From assembly GCA_963766075.1 (NCBI GenBank), contig CAVYAN010000041.1, positions 33,212 to 97,211 of the forward strand: a stretch of DNA of 64,000 bases. The letters are read 5' to 3'. This document shows positions 1-12,400 of the stretch, one piece after another. The stretch comes from an uncultured cyanobacterium. GTDB taxonomy: Bacteria; Cyanobacteriota; Cyanobacteriia; Leptolyngbyales; Leptolyngbyaceae. Position 1 is the first letter of the stretch. Each line of letters begins with the position of its first letter. A program made the translations under genes and the position numbers. The notes below the pieces were generated by a model, which was not told the origin of the DNA, ran no database searches, and was given only the letters and a program-made list of their open reading frames with translations.

Positions 1-261
1 CCTCGTGCCGATGGGGCTGATGCGGCCCTAGTGGCTGAGCGAATTGTTATGCAAGTTAGAGGACTCCAACTTGCCCATAAAACTTCGACAGCAGCCAGCT
101 ATGTGACACTCAGTTGTGGTGTGGCGACGGTAGACGTTGATGATAAGAAGTTAGGCAGCGCGGATTGGTCGGGTAGCAATTTAGTGGCAGCAGCGGATCA
201 AGCGCTCTATAACTCGAAACATAATGGTAGAGATCGCTTTACGCTCATCGATTATCCATAA
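1..261 (+). CDS. C-terminal end of a GGDEF (diguanylate cyclase) domain protein, truncated by the window start
   Basis: Translation ...AERIV...YVTLSCGVAT...LVAAADQALYNSKHNGRDR matches the GGDEF C-terminal consensus (TxSxGVA...ADxALYxAKxxGR). Confidence 0.85.
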   Translation, partial: PRADGADAALVAERIVMQVRGLQLAHKTSTAASYVTLSCGVATVDVDDKKLGSADWSGSNLVAAADQALYNSKHNGRDRFTLIDYP

Positions 262-444
262 ATTAAGATTGGATAAGAATTAGATAAGCAATACATGCAG
301 CCCAGTTTGAGTGCTTCCTAAGATCTGCCTGGGCACTTACACGGGCACTTACATAGTTGTGCGGAAACAAGCGTTCTGTACGGCTTCAAAGTTGCTTGGG
401 GAGCAAGCCAGGGATGCTCACTAAAGCAAGCGCTTCAACCAGGC

Positions 445-575
445 AAAAATAAAACCGACAGTGTTGTAAAACCCTGTCGGTCAGTCGTGTGTTCCCTGTT
501 GATGACTCGGCTAAAGTTGAGTCTCCTTTATTATGTCTTGGGGGTTCGAGGGAAGAAGCGATCTCAATCAATCTG
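445..575 (-). ncRNA. Putative small RNA resembling cyanobacterial PsrR1 (SyR1); 5' end uncertain
   Basis: Intergenic. Minus strand reads GACTCAACTTTAGCCGAGTC hairpin (523-504), ATCAACAGGGAACACAC linker, then terminator stem ACCGACAG/CTGTCGGT (481-454) and a T-rich tail. Family assignment is from recall of the PsrR1 core and is unverified. Confidence 0.5.
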
Positions 576-694
576 CCTTGTGATTCTGGTCACAGGTTAA
601 CCAGTATGTCAGGTATGCCAGGCGCTCGTCTGTCAGCGGGTTGGAAAAGTACGGGTAGACGGAGAGGGGCGTGGGTGGCCTGAACAGGGGGGGA

Positions 695-1771
695 TTATCG
701 AACGAGCAGTTGGCTGAACCAGTGCTCGAGGCGATCTCCCATGGCTGCTAAGGAATACTCGGCTTCGGCTTGCTGCCGACAAACGGCGCGATCAATAGAG
801 TGAATATTAGCGATCGCGGCTACTAGCTCTGACACATTGTCCGGTGCCACCAGCCAACCCGTTTTGCCATCTTGCACAATTTCGGCGGGTCCTCCCCGTC
901 GATAGGCAATGACGGGAACGCCACAGGCCAGAGCTTCAATGGCAACGTTCCCAAACGCTTCAATCCAATGGGGTGTCATCAGCAACGCGCGACAGGTGCC
1001 TAGGGCCTGCTGCAAGTCGGTGGTTTCTAAAAAACCGGCATAGTGAATGGGAGCGGTGGGATAGGTGCGACAAATGTGATCCCAGTACGCTGAATCTTGC
1101 ATGACGCCCCAAATTTTGAGGGGGATATTGGTAATCTGGGCAGCGGCGACAGCATCTTCCAAGCCTTTTTCGGGGGAAATGCGCCCGACCCAGCCAAGGT
1201 GGTCTGCGGGGGTCGGATTGAATTGGTATTGGGATAGATCGAATCCATTGCCCATTACTCGGCAGCGATCGCCGAAGCCAAAGGTATCTGCCTGGGCACG
1301 GCTGTGGACCGCCACCGTGTGTGGAAAGGCATCGGCAACCTGCGCGATCGCTGCATCCATGGCATCGCTGAGGGATCCCATGCTAACCAAATGGGCAATG
1401 GGGCGTTGCAAAAAGGGCGTGAGGTAGAACGGCAGCCAGTCATAGGCAAAGTTCAGAAACAGGTCATAGGTGCTTTGCACTTGGCGTGCATAGTCCCACA
1501 TATTGGCGAGGACCGAGTTACCAGGTAAGGTGATTGCTGCTGTCCGACCGGCTGTTTGGGCAGTGGTTTGCAGGACTCCGGGAATTTCTACTAAAGGAAA
1601 GACTGATTCTGATCCTGCGGGGGCGACGATCGTCATGTGATGATTTTTGAGAGTCAATGCCTTAGCCAGGTTGACTACGGTTAACTCCACGCCACCCCCT
1701 AAGCCGGAACCCAGCGGCCCAACGGAAGTGGACAGAAACAGGATTTTAAGGGGCGATCGCAGAGTGGTCAT
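695..1771 (-). CDS. Glycosyltransferase family 4 (GT-B)
   Basis: GGGVE N-terminal motif, GRISPEKG, EAFGNVAIEALACGVPVIA (Ex7E). Confidence 0.92.
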   Translation of the reverse strand: MTTLRSPLKILFLSTSVGPLGSGLGGGVELTVVNLAKALTLKNHHMTIVAPAGSESVFPLVEIPGVLQTTAQTAGRTAAITLPGNSVLANMWDYARQVQSTYDLFLNFAYDWLPFYLTPFLQRPIAHLVSMGSLSDAMDAAIAQVADAFPHTVAVHSRAQADTFGFGDRCRVMGNGFDLSQYQFNPTPADHLGWVGRISPEKGLEDAVAAAQITNIPLKIWGVMQDSAYWDHICRTYPTAPIHYAGFLETTDLQQALGTCRALLMTPHWIEAFGNVAIEALACGVPVIAYRRGGPAEIVQDGKTGWLVAPDNVSELVAAIANIHSIDRAVCRQQAEAEYSLAAMGDRLEHWFSQLLVR

Positions 1772-1814
1772 AGCATAGGTTTATCATCGCGTATCCAAGA
1801 TAACGGATCTGATA

Positions 1815-2888
1815 TTACTCCAGTTCTGTCAATGAGGCTGGGACTGGGTCTAAATCCACTGCCTCCGATGCCACGACTGCCGTGGTTACTGCTGTGTCTA
1901 ACGTAGGAATTGTTTGGGGTTTACTGAACTTTTGGGCTAACACATCCCGTTGATTGATCAAATAAATGCTCACTAGGGTTAACATGACCCCCAGCCATTG
2001 AATTGAACTCAGCATTTCTGCCAAAAACAAATTGCCAAAAAATAGAGCAAATACAGGCGTCAAAAATGTTAGGGAGCTGAGGCTAGTTAAACTACCGCTG
2101 GAGGCAAAGTAGAAAAATAGGCCATAGGCGATCGCACTGCCAAACACCGTGGAGTAGCTGAGCGCGATCAGATCGGCAGTTTGTAGATGGTTCCATTGCC
2201 CTGTTTCGCCTAACGCTGACAGCCCAAACAGCGGTAGTCCACCCAAAATCATATGCCACCCGGTCGCGGCGATCGGATCGGCGTGCCGACTGACATAGCG
2301 CATTAAAATAGTTCCTACAGCCATAGACAACGAAGCTAACAACATTAACCATTGGCCATTCTGGAACAGGGCTGTGAGCCAATCAAAACTCGGATCAAAT
2401 CCGTTTGCCAAGGTTCGACCTTGCCAAATGGCCACAATCCACTCATCGGGTAGCCCTAGCAAGCTAATCCCCACTACGCCAACTGCCAAGCCCATCCAGC
2501 CCCATAGGCCAATTTTTTCGCCAAATAGCCATGCCGCCATCAATGCCACGGCGATAGGCTGGGAGTCAATCATGACTGAGCCCAAGCCTGCGCCAGTGCG
2601 GACCAGGCCCTCTGCCAGAAAGCCCTGAAATAATGTGCCGTCCACCATGCCAAACAGCACAATCCACAACCATGCCTGGAGACCCTGGGGTTGGGGTTTA
2701 CCGAGGGCGATCGCTGTCCCCAGGACCAACAGTCCCGCTGGCAAAAGTCGCACCCCTGCCATAAACAGAGGCGTAGAATTGGGAATCACGCCCTTCATGG
2801 CGACCATCGCTGTACCCCAAAAGAAAAATGGCGCAATCAATAGCAGCAGGGCCAAGGGAGAGTTCGATCGAGTAAGCTGAGAGTCCAT
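1815..2888 (-). CDS. DMT/EamA family transporter
   Basis: About 10 hydrophobic segments in two EamA repeats; FFFWGTAMVAMK, SQPIAVALMAAWLFGEKI. Confidence 0.92.
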   Translation of the reverse strand: MDSQLTRSNSPLALLLLIAPFFFWGTAMVAMKGVIPNSTPLFMAGVRLLPAGLLVLGTAIALGKPQPQGLQAWLWIVLFGMVDGTLFQGFLAEGLVRTGAGLGSVMIDSQPIAVALMAAWLFGEKIGLWGWMGLAVGVVGISLLGLPDEWIVAIWQGRTLANGFDPSFDWLTALFQNGQWLMLLASLSMAVGTILMRYVSRHADPIAATGWHMILGGLPLFGLSALGETGQWNHLQTADLIALSYSTVFGSAIAYGLFFYFASSGSLTSLSSLTFLTPVFALFFGNLFLAEMLSSIQWLGVMLTLVSIYLINQRDVLAQKFSKPQTIPTLDTAVTTAVVASEAVDLDPVPASLTELE

Positions 2889-2980
2889 GAATGAGGAAGG
2901 GGAGAAGGAGAGGCAATGTCATCCTATCAATCTTATACTTATGTTAAGTAGCCTACAAAACTATTCCGGTTAGAATTCCT

Positions 2981-3821
2981 ATGATTTGGCCTTTTAAGCC
3001 CCGATTTCGGAAACAAATTGCCCGCATCGAGATATTCGGGGGCGATCGCGGGTGCCGCCCGTAAACATGTTCTAGAAGCACTCAAGACTGTGGAGGAGCG
3101 CAAGTTCCCGGCTTTACTGCTGCGCATTGATAGCCCAGGTGGGACGGTCGGGGACTCTCAGGAAATCTACGCAGCCCTCAAGCGCCTACAGTCCAAGGTG
3201 AAAATTGTTGCAAGTTTTGGTAATATTTCTGCCTCTGGTGGTGTCTATATTGGCATGGGGGCCCAACATATCGTCAGCAATCCCGGCACGATTACCGGCA
3301 GCATTGGCGTCATTCTGCGCGGTAATAATATTGAGCGTTTGCTGGATCGAGTTGGGGTCTCCTTTAAAGTTGTTAAATCGGGTCCTTATAAAGATATTCT
3401 GGCGTTCGATCGCGAAATGACTGAAGCAGAACGTCACATTTTGCAGGACTTAATTGACACTAGCTATGGGCAATTCGTCCAAACCGTTGCTGATGCGCGC
3501 AACCTCCCAATTGAAACTGTCAAAACCTTTGCTGACGGGCGGGTCTTTACCGGACAGCAAGCGTTGTCTTTGGGAGTAGTGGATCGCTTGGGTACCGAAG
3601 AAGATGCCCGACGGTGGGCCTGCGAGTTGGTCGATTTAGATCCCGAGAAAACCCGCTGCTTTACCCTAGAAGAGCGTAAACCCTTGCTGAGTCGATTAAC
3701 TGCTCGCCAGCAATCTGCTATCGGTCCGCTGCTTTCCTTGCGGGGATTGCAGGCTGGAAGCACTTGGTTAGAATTTGAACTCGAAACAGCAGGCGTGCCA
3801 CTGTGGTTGTATCGGCCTTAG
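2981..3821 (+). CDS. sppA: Signal peptide peptidase SppA (S49); apparent +1 frameshift near 3035, probably a sequencing error
   Basis: ATG 2981 gives MIWPFKPRFRKQIARIEI, which continues in the next frame as SGAIAGAARK...RIDSPGGTVGDSQEIY...SASGGVYI...TITGSIGVI...KSGPYKD. Confidence 0.9.
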
Positions 3822-4145
3822 CCATCGGTTTCACCAGAGGATTTGACCTGGAAGGGGGATAAGCAGTAGCCAATTGCCTGCGTAGTGGCGCAGAATTGCG
3901 CCATCCATCCGGGAATCGGGGCAAGATTTTTTGTCTTCATAGGGTACCCTCAGCTATCAGAGCGTTTCGGCTCATATGTCCTCTGTATTAAGAACGTAAT
4001 TAAACTTTAGGTAGATTCCACGCTTAGCTGCTGACGCAACGACAAATATCAGGCATCATGGGATCTGGGAGTTCCTGGGATGGTGGAAGCTACCCAGCTA
4101 ATGTTTCGATGTTTAAAGTTATGTTAAACGCACGGAGGTAGCAGC

Positions 4146-4574
4146 GTGGGTTGGCGAGTCAGAGCAGTTCGTGGGGCGACCACAGTATCCGAAAACACCG
4201 TCACCGCTATGCGGGAATCCGTGCATGAGCTTCTGGATGAATTAGAAGCCTACAATCGCCTTGATATGGAGGAGGTTGTCAGTGTGACGTTCTCTGTTAC
4301 TCGCGATTTAGATGCGGCGTTCCCCGCGGCGATCGCTCGCGAGCGTCCCAACTGGTCCAATGTGCCTCTGTTTGATGTTCAACAGATGCATGTCGCGGGC
4401 AGTCTGCAACGCTGTGTCCGGTTTCTCATTCATTTCAATACCCCTGACCCAAACATCAAAATTTACCATCCGTACCTGCGTGGGGCCAGAAATCTACGGC
4501 CTGACTGGAGTATTACGCCGGCGGTAGCGCGCTCTACCAGCGTTCTGAAACAGCACCACTCCGTGGGGCATTAA
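4146..4574 (+). CDS. aroH: Chorismate mutase, AroH class
   Basis: RAVRGATTV, FSVTRDLDAAFPAAIAR, HPYLRGARNLRPD; GGAGG RBS upstream of the GTG start. Confidence 0.95.
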   Translation: MGWRVRAVRGATTVSENTVTAMRESVHELLDELEAYNRLDMEEVVSVTFSVTRDLDAAFPAAIARERPNWSNVPLFDVQQMHVAGSLQRCVRFLIHFNTPDPNIKIYHPYLRGARNLRPDWSITPAVARSTSVLKQHHSVGH

Positions 4575-4641
4575 TTCGCACACTGTGCCCGGGTTTACAG
4601 CACCCAAGTTTTAGGTTGTTTGCAACAGACCGAACCTGCAA

Positions 4642-6384
4642 CTAGCGGGTCGTTTGCGTCGCAATCAAAGTGGTTGCACTCGTCGCGTCAATGGGGCAAG
4701 AGAACAAAAATCCTTGCCCGTAGTCACAGTCAAGTCCGCGCAAAATATCAACATGAGCGGGTTGTTCCAAACCTTCTGCTACTACTTTTAGTCCTAATCG
4801 TTTAGCCAGTTCAATAATTGTTGAAGTGATTTCTAAATTGGTTTGGTTGGTATCAATATCTTGAATAAACGAGCGATCAATCTTTAAGGCAGTCAGGGGT
4901 AATGATTGGAGATAGGAAAGCGATGAATAACCTGTGCCAAAGTCATCGATTGATAAACCAATGCAACGCTCTCGAAGGTGTTCTAGAATATCAACGGCAT
5001 CTTTAATATTTTCCATTAATACTGTTTCCGTAATTTCCAAGATCAAATTCTCTCCACTTAAACCGGAGTGATTGAGATTCTGATCAATGTGTTGGAGTAA
5101 AGTTGGACTCACGAGTTGCAGCCCTGATAGATTAACGCTAATTCGGGCAGGGGAAGCCTCGGCAAATTGGGCTTTCCAATACCCAAGCTGCTGACAGGCT
5201 TCTGCGAGTACCCAGTTGCCTAGCAGTACAATTAGCCCCGTTTCCTCTGCTAGTGGAATGAATTCTAGGGGCGAGATCCACCCTTGAGTGGGATGTTGCC
5301 ATCGGACCAAAGCTTCAAAGCCAATCAACCGCCCTGTGGCTAACAAGAAAATGGGCTGGTAGTGCACCTGCAATTGTTGCGACATAATGGCTTCTTGCAA
5401 ATTCACTTCCAAATTTAACCGCTCCATGGCGGTCTGTTGCATGCTGGCATTAAAGAAAATCGTGCGATCGCCGCTGCCCCGTCTGGCATAGTTAATAGCG
5501 GTGTCAGCGGCTCGGAGAAAGTCTTCAGGTTGCTCGTAGGAAAGATCGCTCAATACCAGTCCGACATGAATGAGTGACGATACAGCGATTCCATCCAGTT
5601 GGATTGGAGCCTCAAATAGCTGGTGTAGTTGTCTAACAGCGGCTTCAAGATGGGCTAGGGTTTCAACGGGCTGTAACAAAATTGCAAATTCATTCGTTTC
5701 TAGGCGGGCAACCGTTTTAGCGGGAACGCCCCACTGTGCCAACCGATGGGCAACTTCAATCAGCAGGCGATCGCTGAGACCATGCCCAAACCCAGATTTG
5801 ATAATCGAATACCGTTCAATATCAAGGAGCAACACGGCAAAGGCAGTGCCCTGGGATTGGTGGAGGGTGATGCTCTGGGTGACTTCTTTGAGTAATCCAT
5901 TCCGGTTGGGCAGGCCCGTGAGTTGGTCATAAAAGACCAAGTTGTGCAAGCGATCGAGGGCTTCCTGAAGTTGCTGCTGCTGTTCTTGCAAATGATGAAC
6001 ACAGGCCAGAGTTTTGTTAATGGTGATTTCTAGATCTTCAAAATCAATCGGCTTTGTTAAAAAGTCAAAGGCTCCGCGATTCATGGCGGTCCGAATATTC
6101 TTCATATCCCCATAGGCGGAAACGACAACGGCCTTGAGGGGGCGATCGAACTCGGCTAAGTTGGACAGTAGGGTTAAGCCATCCATCTCTGGCATCCGGA
6201 TATCGGTCAGAATCATATCAATCGAATGAGATTCTCGCAGAATTTGGAGTGCTTCTACACCATTTTGGGCGAACTGAAAACTGAACTCTCCGGTTTGAAT
6301 CTTTTTTCGAAACCGTTGCTGCATGAGACGTTGTATTTCCAGCTCATCATCAACCACTAAAATCAGATTCGATTTATTCTTCAT
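4642..6384 (-). CDS. Response regulator REC + degenerate GGDEF + EAL (probable c-di-GMP phosphodiesterase)
   Basis: ILVVDDE...TDIRMPEMDG receiver; YDQLTGLPNR with ETNEF in place of GGDEF; EALVRW, LEITE, IDDFGTGYSSL, KIDRSF, VVAEG. An alternative start exists at 6435. Confidence 0.93.
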   Translation of the reverse strand: MKNKSNLILVVDDELEIQRLMQQRFRKKIQTGEFSFQFAQNGVEALQILRESHSIDMILTDIRMPEMDGLTLLSNLAEFDRPLKAVVVSAYGDMKNIRTAMNRGAFDFLTKPIDFEDLEITINKTLACVHHLQEQQQQLQEALDRLHNLVFYDQLTGLPNRNGLLKEVTQSITLHQSQGTAFAVLLLDIERYSIIKSGFGHGLSDRLLIEVAHRLAQWGVPAKTVARLETNEFAILLQPVETLAHLEAAVRQLHQLFEAPIQLDGIAVSSLIHVGLVLSDLSYEQPEDFLRAADTAINYARRGSGDRTIFFNASMQQTAMERLNLEVNLQEAIMSQQLQVHYQPIFLLATGRLIGFEALVRWQHPTQGWISPLEFIPLAEETGLIVLLGNWVLAEACQQLGYWKAQFAEASPARISVNLSGLQLVSPTLLQHIDQNLNHSGLSGENLILEITETVLMENIKDAVDILEHLRERCIGLSIDDFGTGYSSLSYLQSLPLTALKIDRSFIQDIDTNQTNLEITSTIIELAKRLGLKVVAEGLEQPAHVDILRGLDCDYGQGFLFSCPIDATSATTLIATQTTR

Positions 6385-6431
6385 AACTCTAATAAAGACT
6401 CGTTCCCAGCGCCCTCCATGGTCACTATATA

Positions 6432-9400
6432 TCAAATAGCAATAGGATTATGTATTTTTGTTGTGGTTAACACGACGATAACCTCAGTGAATTCACTGAA
6501 ATTACTGTGGATCGCCAAAGTTCCTTGGTGTTGTTGAACAATGATGTCGTGGGTGATAGACAGTCCCAATCCAGTGCCTGCGCCCGGGGGTTTGGTCGTG
6601 AAGAAGGGATCAAAGATCTTCGCTTGGATAAGGGGGGGAATCCCACAGCCATTATCGTGAATGCGAATTTCTACCTGTTCTCCTGCCTGTTGGGTCGAGA
6701 TCACTAGGGTGGGGGTATAGTCTGCTGTGGTTTGAGCGGTCGCTGTTGCCAATTGGTGTTGTTTCATTCGCATAGCATCGCAGGCATTGTCAATCAAGTT
6801 AATGAAGGCCCGTGTCAGCGCACTGGGAATGACATTCACTACGGTTACCGCTGCGTCGTAATGGGTGTAGATGGTTAAGTGAAAGGTGTCGTCCTGTGCT
6901 CGTTTACTCCGGTATGACAATTGTGCGGCTTGATTGAGCAAGTCATGCAGTAGGATGGGTTGGGGGTTTGTCCGTCCATCATCCGTCCGGGCATGTTGCA
7001 TCATGCTGGCAATGATGTGGGAGGCGCGCTGACTATGATGGCAAATAGTCGCGGCATTTTCCTGTAGATCGCTAATCAGGATGGCAATTAAGGCCGCGGT
7101 TTCCGGATCTTGAGCTGGCGTGATGGGCTGTAACGCATCCAACAGGTCTTGCGTAAGTTCGATGGAACCTTCGGCATAATTTTTGACAAAGTTAAGGGGA
7201 TTGCGCAGTTCATGGGCGATCCCGGCGGTGAGCGTGCCTAAGGATGCCAGTTTTTCCTGGGCGATGATCCGCTCTTGGGCGGTTTTGAGCTCGACGGTGC
7301 GTTCTTCCACCCGATGTTCTAGGGTTTGAGAATAGTTTGCCAGTTGTTGGTTGGCGACTTCTAGCTGGTGGGCCTGCTGTTGGAGTTGGACTTCGGCGGC
7401 TTTGCGATCGCTGATATCCCGCACAATACCTTGCAGTCCGATCGCATTACCTTCGGCATCTTTAATGGGGGTCATGTTCACTGTTACCCATAGATAGCTA
7501 CCGTCTCGACATAAGTGCCGAAACTCTACGTTTTGCTGCTTCTCTCCTCGCTCCAGCGACACTCTAGCGGGTGCAATAGCTCTGTCTAAGTCATCGGGAT
7601 GAATCAATTTTGCAAAGGATTGTCCAATCCATTCAGATGGAGACAGTCCAAACATGGTCTGAAATTGAGGAGAGAGATAAGTCAACGTGCTGTCTGCTTG
7701 TGCCGCCCAGATCATATCGTTGGCTCCTTCCACGAGTCTTCTGAATTTGTTCTCACTCTCAGTTAGGGCGGCTTCGGCGGCTTTGCGATCGGTAATATCC
7801 GTGACCGTGCCGACATAACCGATGATGGTTCCCTCTGGGTCGTGTTCGGCGATCGCTTGGGCTAAGACCCAGGCTATTTGACCCGTAACGGCGTGCTGAA
7901 ACCGGCACTCCGTCTGAAATCGACGATTAGACTGTGCTGCTTGGTACCATTCTGCAAACACACGTTCTCGATCATCCGGGTGAATCGCACTGCTCCAGCC
8001 CTGTCCCAGAGCGGCTTTCATGGTGAATCCAGCAATTTGGCACCAGCGTTCGTTGGCATAGATGCAATCCCCTTGCAGATTCGTGCGAAAGATGCCGACT
8101 GGGGCGATTTGAGCCAACATATGATATTGGCTTTCGCTGAAGCGTAAGGCTTGCTCTGCCTGATCCCGTTCTGCTTCGCTGCGTTTGCGATCGGTGATAT
8201 CTTGAACTACCCCAATGAAATACTCTGGTTCCCCAGAAACATCGCGTACAAGAGAAGCAAACAGATTCACCCAAACGATGGACCCATTGGCATGGATGTA
8301 GCGCTTTTCCATCGCGAAGGAGGAGGTTTCTCCGGCGAGCAACCGGATAACATGGGCTTTGTTGTTTGCCAGATCATCGGGATGGGTAATACCGCTAATA
8401 TGCTTGAAGCTCAGTGCCGCTTCGGAATAACCCACAATGTCGCAAAATTTCTGGTTCATGCGGACAATATTCCCATGGGTATCCATTTCGAGAATGCCGA
8501 CAGCCGCTTGCTCAAAAGTGGCACGGAAGCGTTCTTCGCTGTCGCGGAGGGCAAACTCGGCTTGCTTGCGATCGCTAATCTCCATCAGAACGCCATCCCA
8601 TATGACCCATCCATTCGCTTGCCGCTTCGGTTGGGAGGCAACCTGCACCCATTTCACTTTCCCACTGAGTGTCATAATGCGAAACTCTTGTCGAAAGGGG
8701 ACGAGGTTCTCAGCCGATTGCCGGATTGCCTGAGCGATCCGAGACCGATCGTCGGGATGTTCAAAATCGCGTAGGCAGTATTGCCCTAAGATGATCGCTT
8801 CGGCGGTGACTTCATAGAGGTCGTGGCACCCTGAGCTGATATAGGATGTGAAAGAGGAGCCATCGTCAGGATTGATGCAAATTTGGACAATCACGCCTGG
8901 AAGATTATCCGATATGGTTTGGAAGCGCACCTCGCTAGAACGTAGGGCCTCCAGGGACTGTTGGGATTGTTGATAGAGTTGGGCGTTTTCCAGAGAAATC
9001 GCGGCTTGGGTACAAAGGAGGGTGAGGATTTCGATGCGATCGCGGGTAAACGCTCCCGCCGTCAGTTGGTTCTCCAAGTACAAAATGCCAATCAATCGAC
9101 CCTGCTTGAGCAGTGGCATACACAACGCTGCTCGGATCGGATGATGTTGCCAATAGGGATCGACCACAAAGGGGCCGGTTGCCTGCGGATCATCCAGAAT
9201 CAATGGCTCGCGATGATGACGCACCGCGTTCACAATTGTCAGAGGCAACTCCTGGCTCAGCTCCATCGGCAAAAATGGTAGCAGCACGGCCTGATCGGAA
9301 TCATGGGCGATCATGGCCACAAGGCTCATCTGGTTATTGTTTGGTAAAAGTAGGATGCCTTTGGTGGCTCCGGCAGTCGCCAGAATCACCTGCATCAATT

Positions 9401-12400
9401 TGGTGAGCAGGTTTTCTAAGACAATTTCTTCTGAGATCGCTTGAGCCGCCCTAAATACTGAGGTGATGTCTAGGGATTGATTCAGTAACATCGTGCTGTT
9501 GCCTGAGGCGGCTATATAGGGCCTATTTTGCAGGATAGATATCAGTAAGTGAGGATAGCGTTGTTCTAAATCATTGGTTTTGGCTTTGGCGTCCCAGCGG
9601 GCATAACCGTAGTGGGCTTCTTGCATATAGCCTGCCGCGATTTTTTCCTTTCCCCATCCCAAATAGAACTTGGCCGCGAGCTCGTTAGCTAAAGCCTCTT
9701 CCTGAACATAACCGTTTTCTTTGGCTCCCGAAATGGCGCGATCGTACCAATCTCCAGCTTCATAATTCTTTCCTAAAACCCGGAGTTTTTCTGCCTCTAC
9801 TAAATCAAATTTATGTTGATAATTCATCGGAGCGTGATGTCCCCAATGCTGTAACCTTGTTTGGTTTTCTGCAACTCGCTCTAACACCTCTAATGCCCGA
9901 TCTGACTGTTGATTCAATTGTGCTAGAGCGATCAAAGAATCATACAAATAAAATGCTGGCTCACCAATTGTTCCCATGCCCCCCATAAAATAGTTTCTGC
10001 ACTCAAGTGCATAGCTATTAGCCGATTCAATTTCTCCAAACAAAAAGCAAAGAGTCAACTTATATGAATAGAAAACATATAATCCATATAAATCATTAGT
10101 AGATTGCAACAGAGGAAGAAATTCTGTCTCTTGGAAAGCCAAGCCAGTCAGAATGGTCGGATCTTGTTCAAGATCTAATAAATTTAAAGTCACTTGCCAA
10201 TGGATCAGACAGTAATTAGCTGTTCCCAATTGATTCAATTGGACTAAAGCATTATAGTAAGTGCGCGTATCTTGCTCCAAGTTACCAAGGGGCTGACCAC
10301 ACCAAAAAGAATTCCGACAGAAATTCTGGCCATTATATCCGGCGAACTCTGGGTTTCCAACTTCTAGCCCAAGTGTATACCCCTCTCTCAAGAGGGGTAA
10401 TGTTTCTTTGATGTGAGATTTGCGATGGAGAATAAAACAACTCACGAGGAAAAATACTTCAGGCTTAACGGCTTTATCATCAAATTTTGAAGCCAAATTC
10501 CACGCCAACCGCCCAAACTGTTCAGCCAAATCAATATTTTGCGATATATTACAGAGAATTAGACTATAGCAAGCGTAGTTACCAGCGGAAATAGATATAT
10601 TGCCGTGCTTTAGAGATAATTTGACTAATAAGCTAGCTAGTAATGGATACAAAAGAGAGCCACTCGTGAAAGCGGCTGACAGGATGCTGCTGGCAATCTG
10701 AACAATGGCAATTTTGCTTGCTTCTGTCATGACAGGAAGGGAGATATAATCTTCAATCTTTCTGTCGCCGATTAGTTCGCTAATATCTTGAATGGACTGT
10801 TGGATATCTTCTAGCGTGGGTAATTCGGGTATTGTTACATCTAGCTTTTGTAGTATCTGCTTACCGAGTGTAATCACTTCAGTGAGTTTGCGCTGGGAGG
10901 TCTTTGCTTGGATTCTAAAGCGGTAAACATTGATCTGTTCCAGCAAGGAATGTGCCTGTTCAATGACAATGTCAATAAACCGCTCCATTGCCTCAAAATT
11001 ACCGTTTAGCATAGATACTTCCGCCGCTAATTCATGGAAGACAAGGCTGATTGCATACTGCCGTTGCCAAGTATTTTCTCCCAGCAGTAATAATCCCGCT
11101 GAGGCATATTCACATGCTGCTTGATAGGCCGTAGCAGTTCTGGCTTTGCGACAGGCGAGGAGGTTAAGCTGTGCAAGTTCATCTCGTTCAGATTGTTGGG
11201 GAATTAGCGCCGTCCCATAATTTAATTGATTCACTAGTAGAAAAATTTTCTCTTCCCTGGCGGCTGGGGAAATTTGTTGCAGGAGCAGTTGTCCGATTTG
11301 GTAATGAGTCGTGTATTTTTTATCCTCAGGAATCAGAGAATCGGCGGCTTGCTGGACGCGATCGTGCAAGAAACGATACGCACAGGAACCAGAATTCACC
11401 CTCCAGAATTCAGACAAATTGTCACTTCCGTCTCCTGTCTCCCGTCTCCCGTCTCCCGTCCCCCGTCTCCCATCTCTTGGCCCCTCCTGAAAAAACTTAT
11501 AGATTTGATTCAAGGGAATGATTAGCCCTTCTTGCAACGCCCGCCATAATGCCGTTGCCGTAGCGATCTCCGACTGCTCTGAGACGATCGCCAAAGTCTT
11601 CAAATCAAATTGGTTACCCATACACGCCGCCAACTTCAACACCTCCTGCGTCTCGATTGGCAATTTCTGCAACTGGAGCGCCATGAACTCTACAACATCA
11701 TCGGTCAAGGTCAACTGCCGCACTGATGTCAGGTCACATTGCCAGTAGCCCAAATCCGGTTGGAACTGAATCCAACCATCCCCATGGAGGGCCTTGAGCA
11801 ACTGAGTGGTGAAAAAGGGATTTCCTTGGGTCTTCTGATAGACCAATTCGGTCAAGGGTTGAGCCAGTGGGTGAGTGCAACTCAGGGTATCTGCCACTAA
11901 GTGATTCACCGTCGGTTCTGCTAAGGGGGCAAGGGTAATGGTCTGAACGGTTGCTTTGGCTTTCTGAATCTGTTCCAGCGTCAGCATCAAGGGATGAGCG
12001 GGAAACACTTCATTGTCTCGATAGGCCCCTAGAATCAGTAAATAGCCTGAACTGGCCTGACTCATCAATACATTGAGTAAGTTCAGAGAGGCCGAATCCG
12101 CCCATTGCAAATCATCCAGAAACATAACTAGGGGATGCTCCGGAGTGGTGAAGACCTGGATAAATTTTTGGAACAGTAAATTGAAGCGATTTTGAGATGC
12201 ATTTCCAGACAGTTCTGGCACAGTTGGCTGTCGCTCAATAATCAGTTCTAGTTCCGGAATCACCGCCACGATCACTTGTCCGGTTTCACCCAGAGCGGCA
12301 AGAATCTTAGCCTTCCAGGCGGCCAGTTGGGCATCGCTCTCACTGAGCAGTTGTCCCATTAAATCGCGGAAGGCTTGCACAAAAGCGGAAAAGGGAAGAT

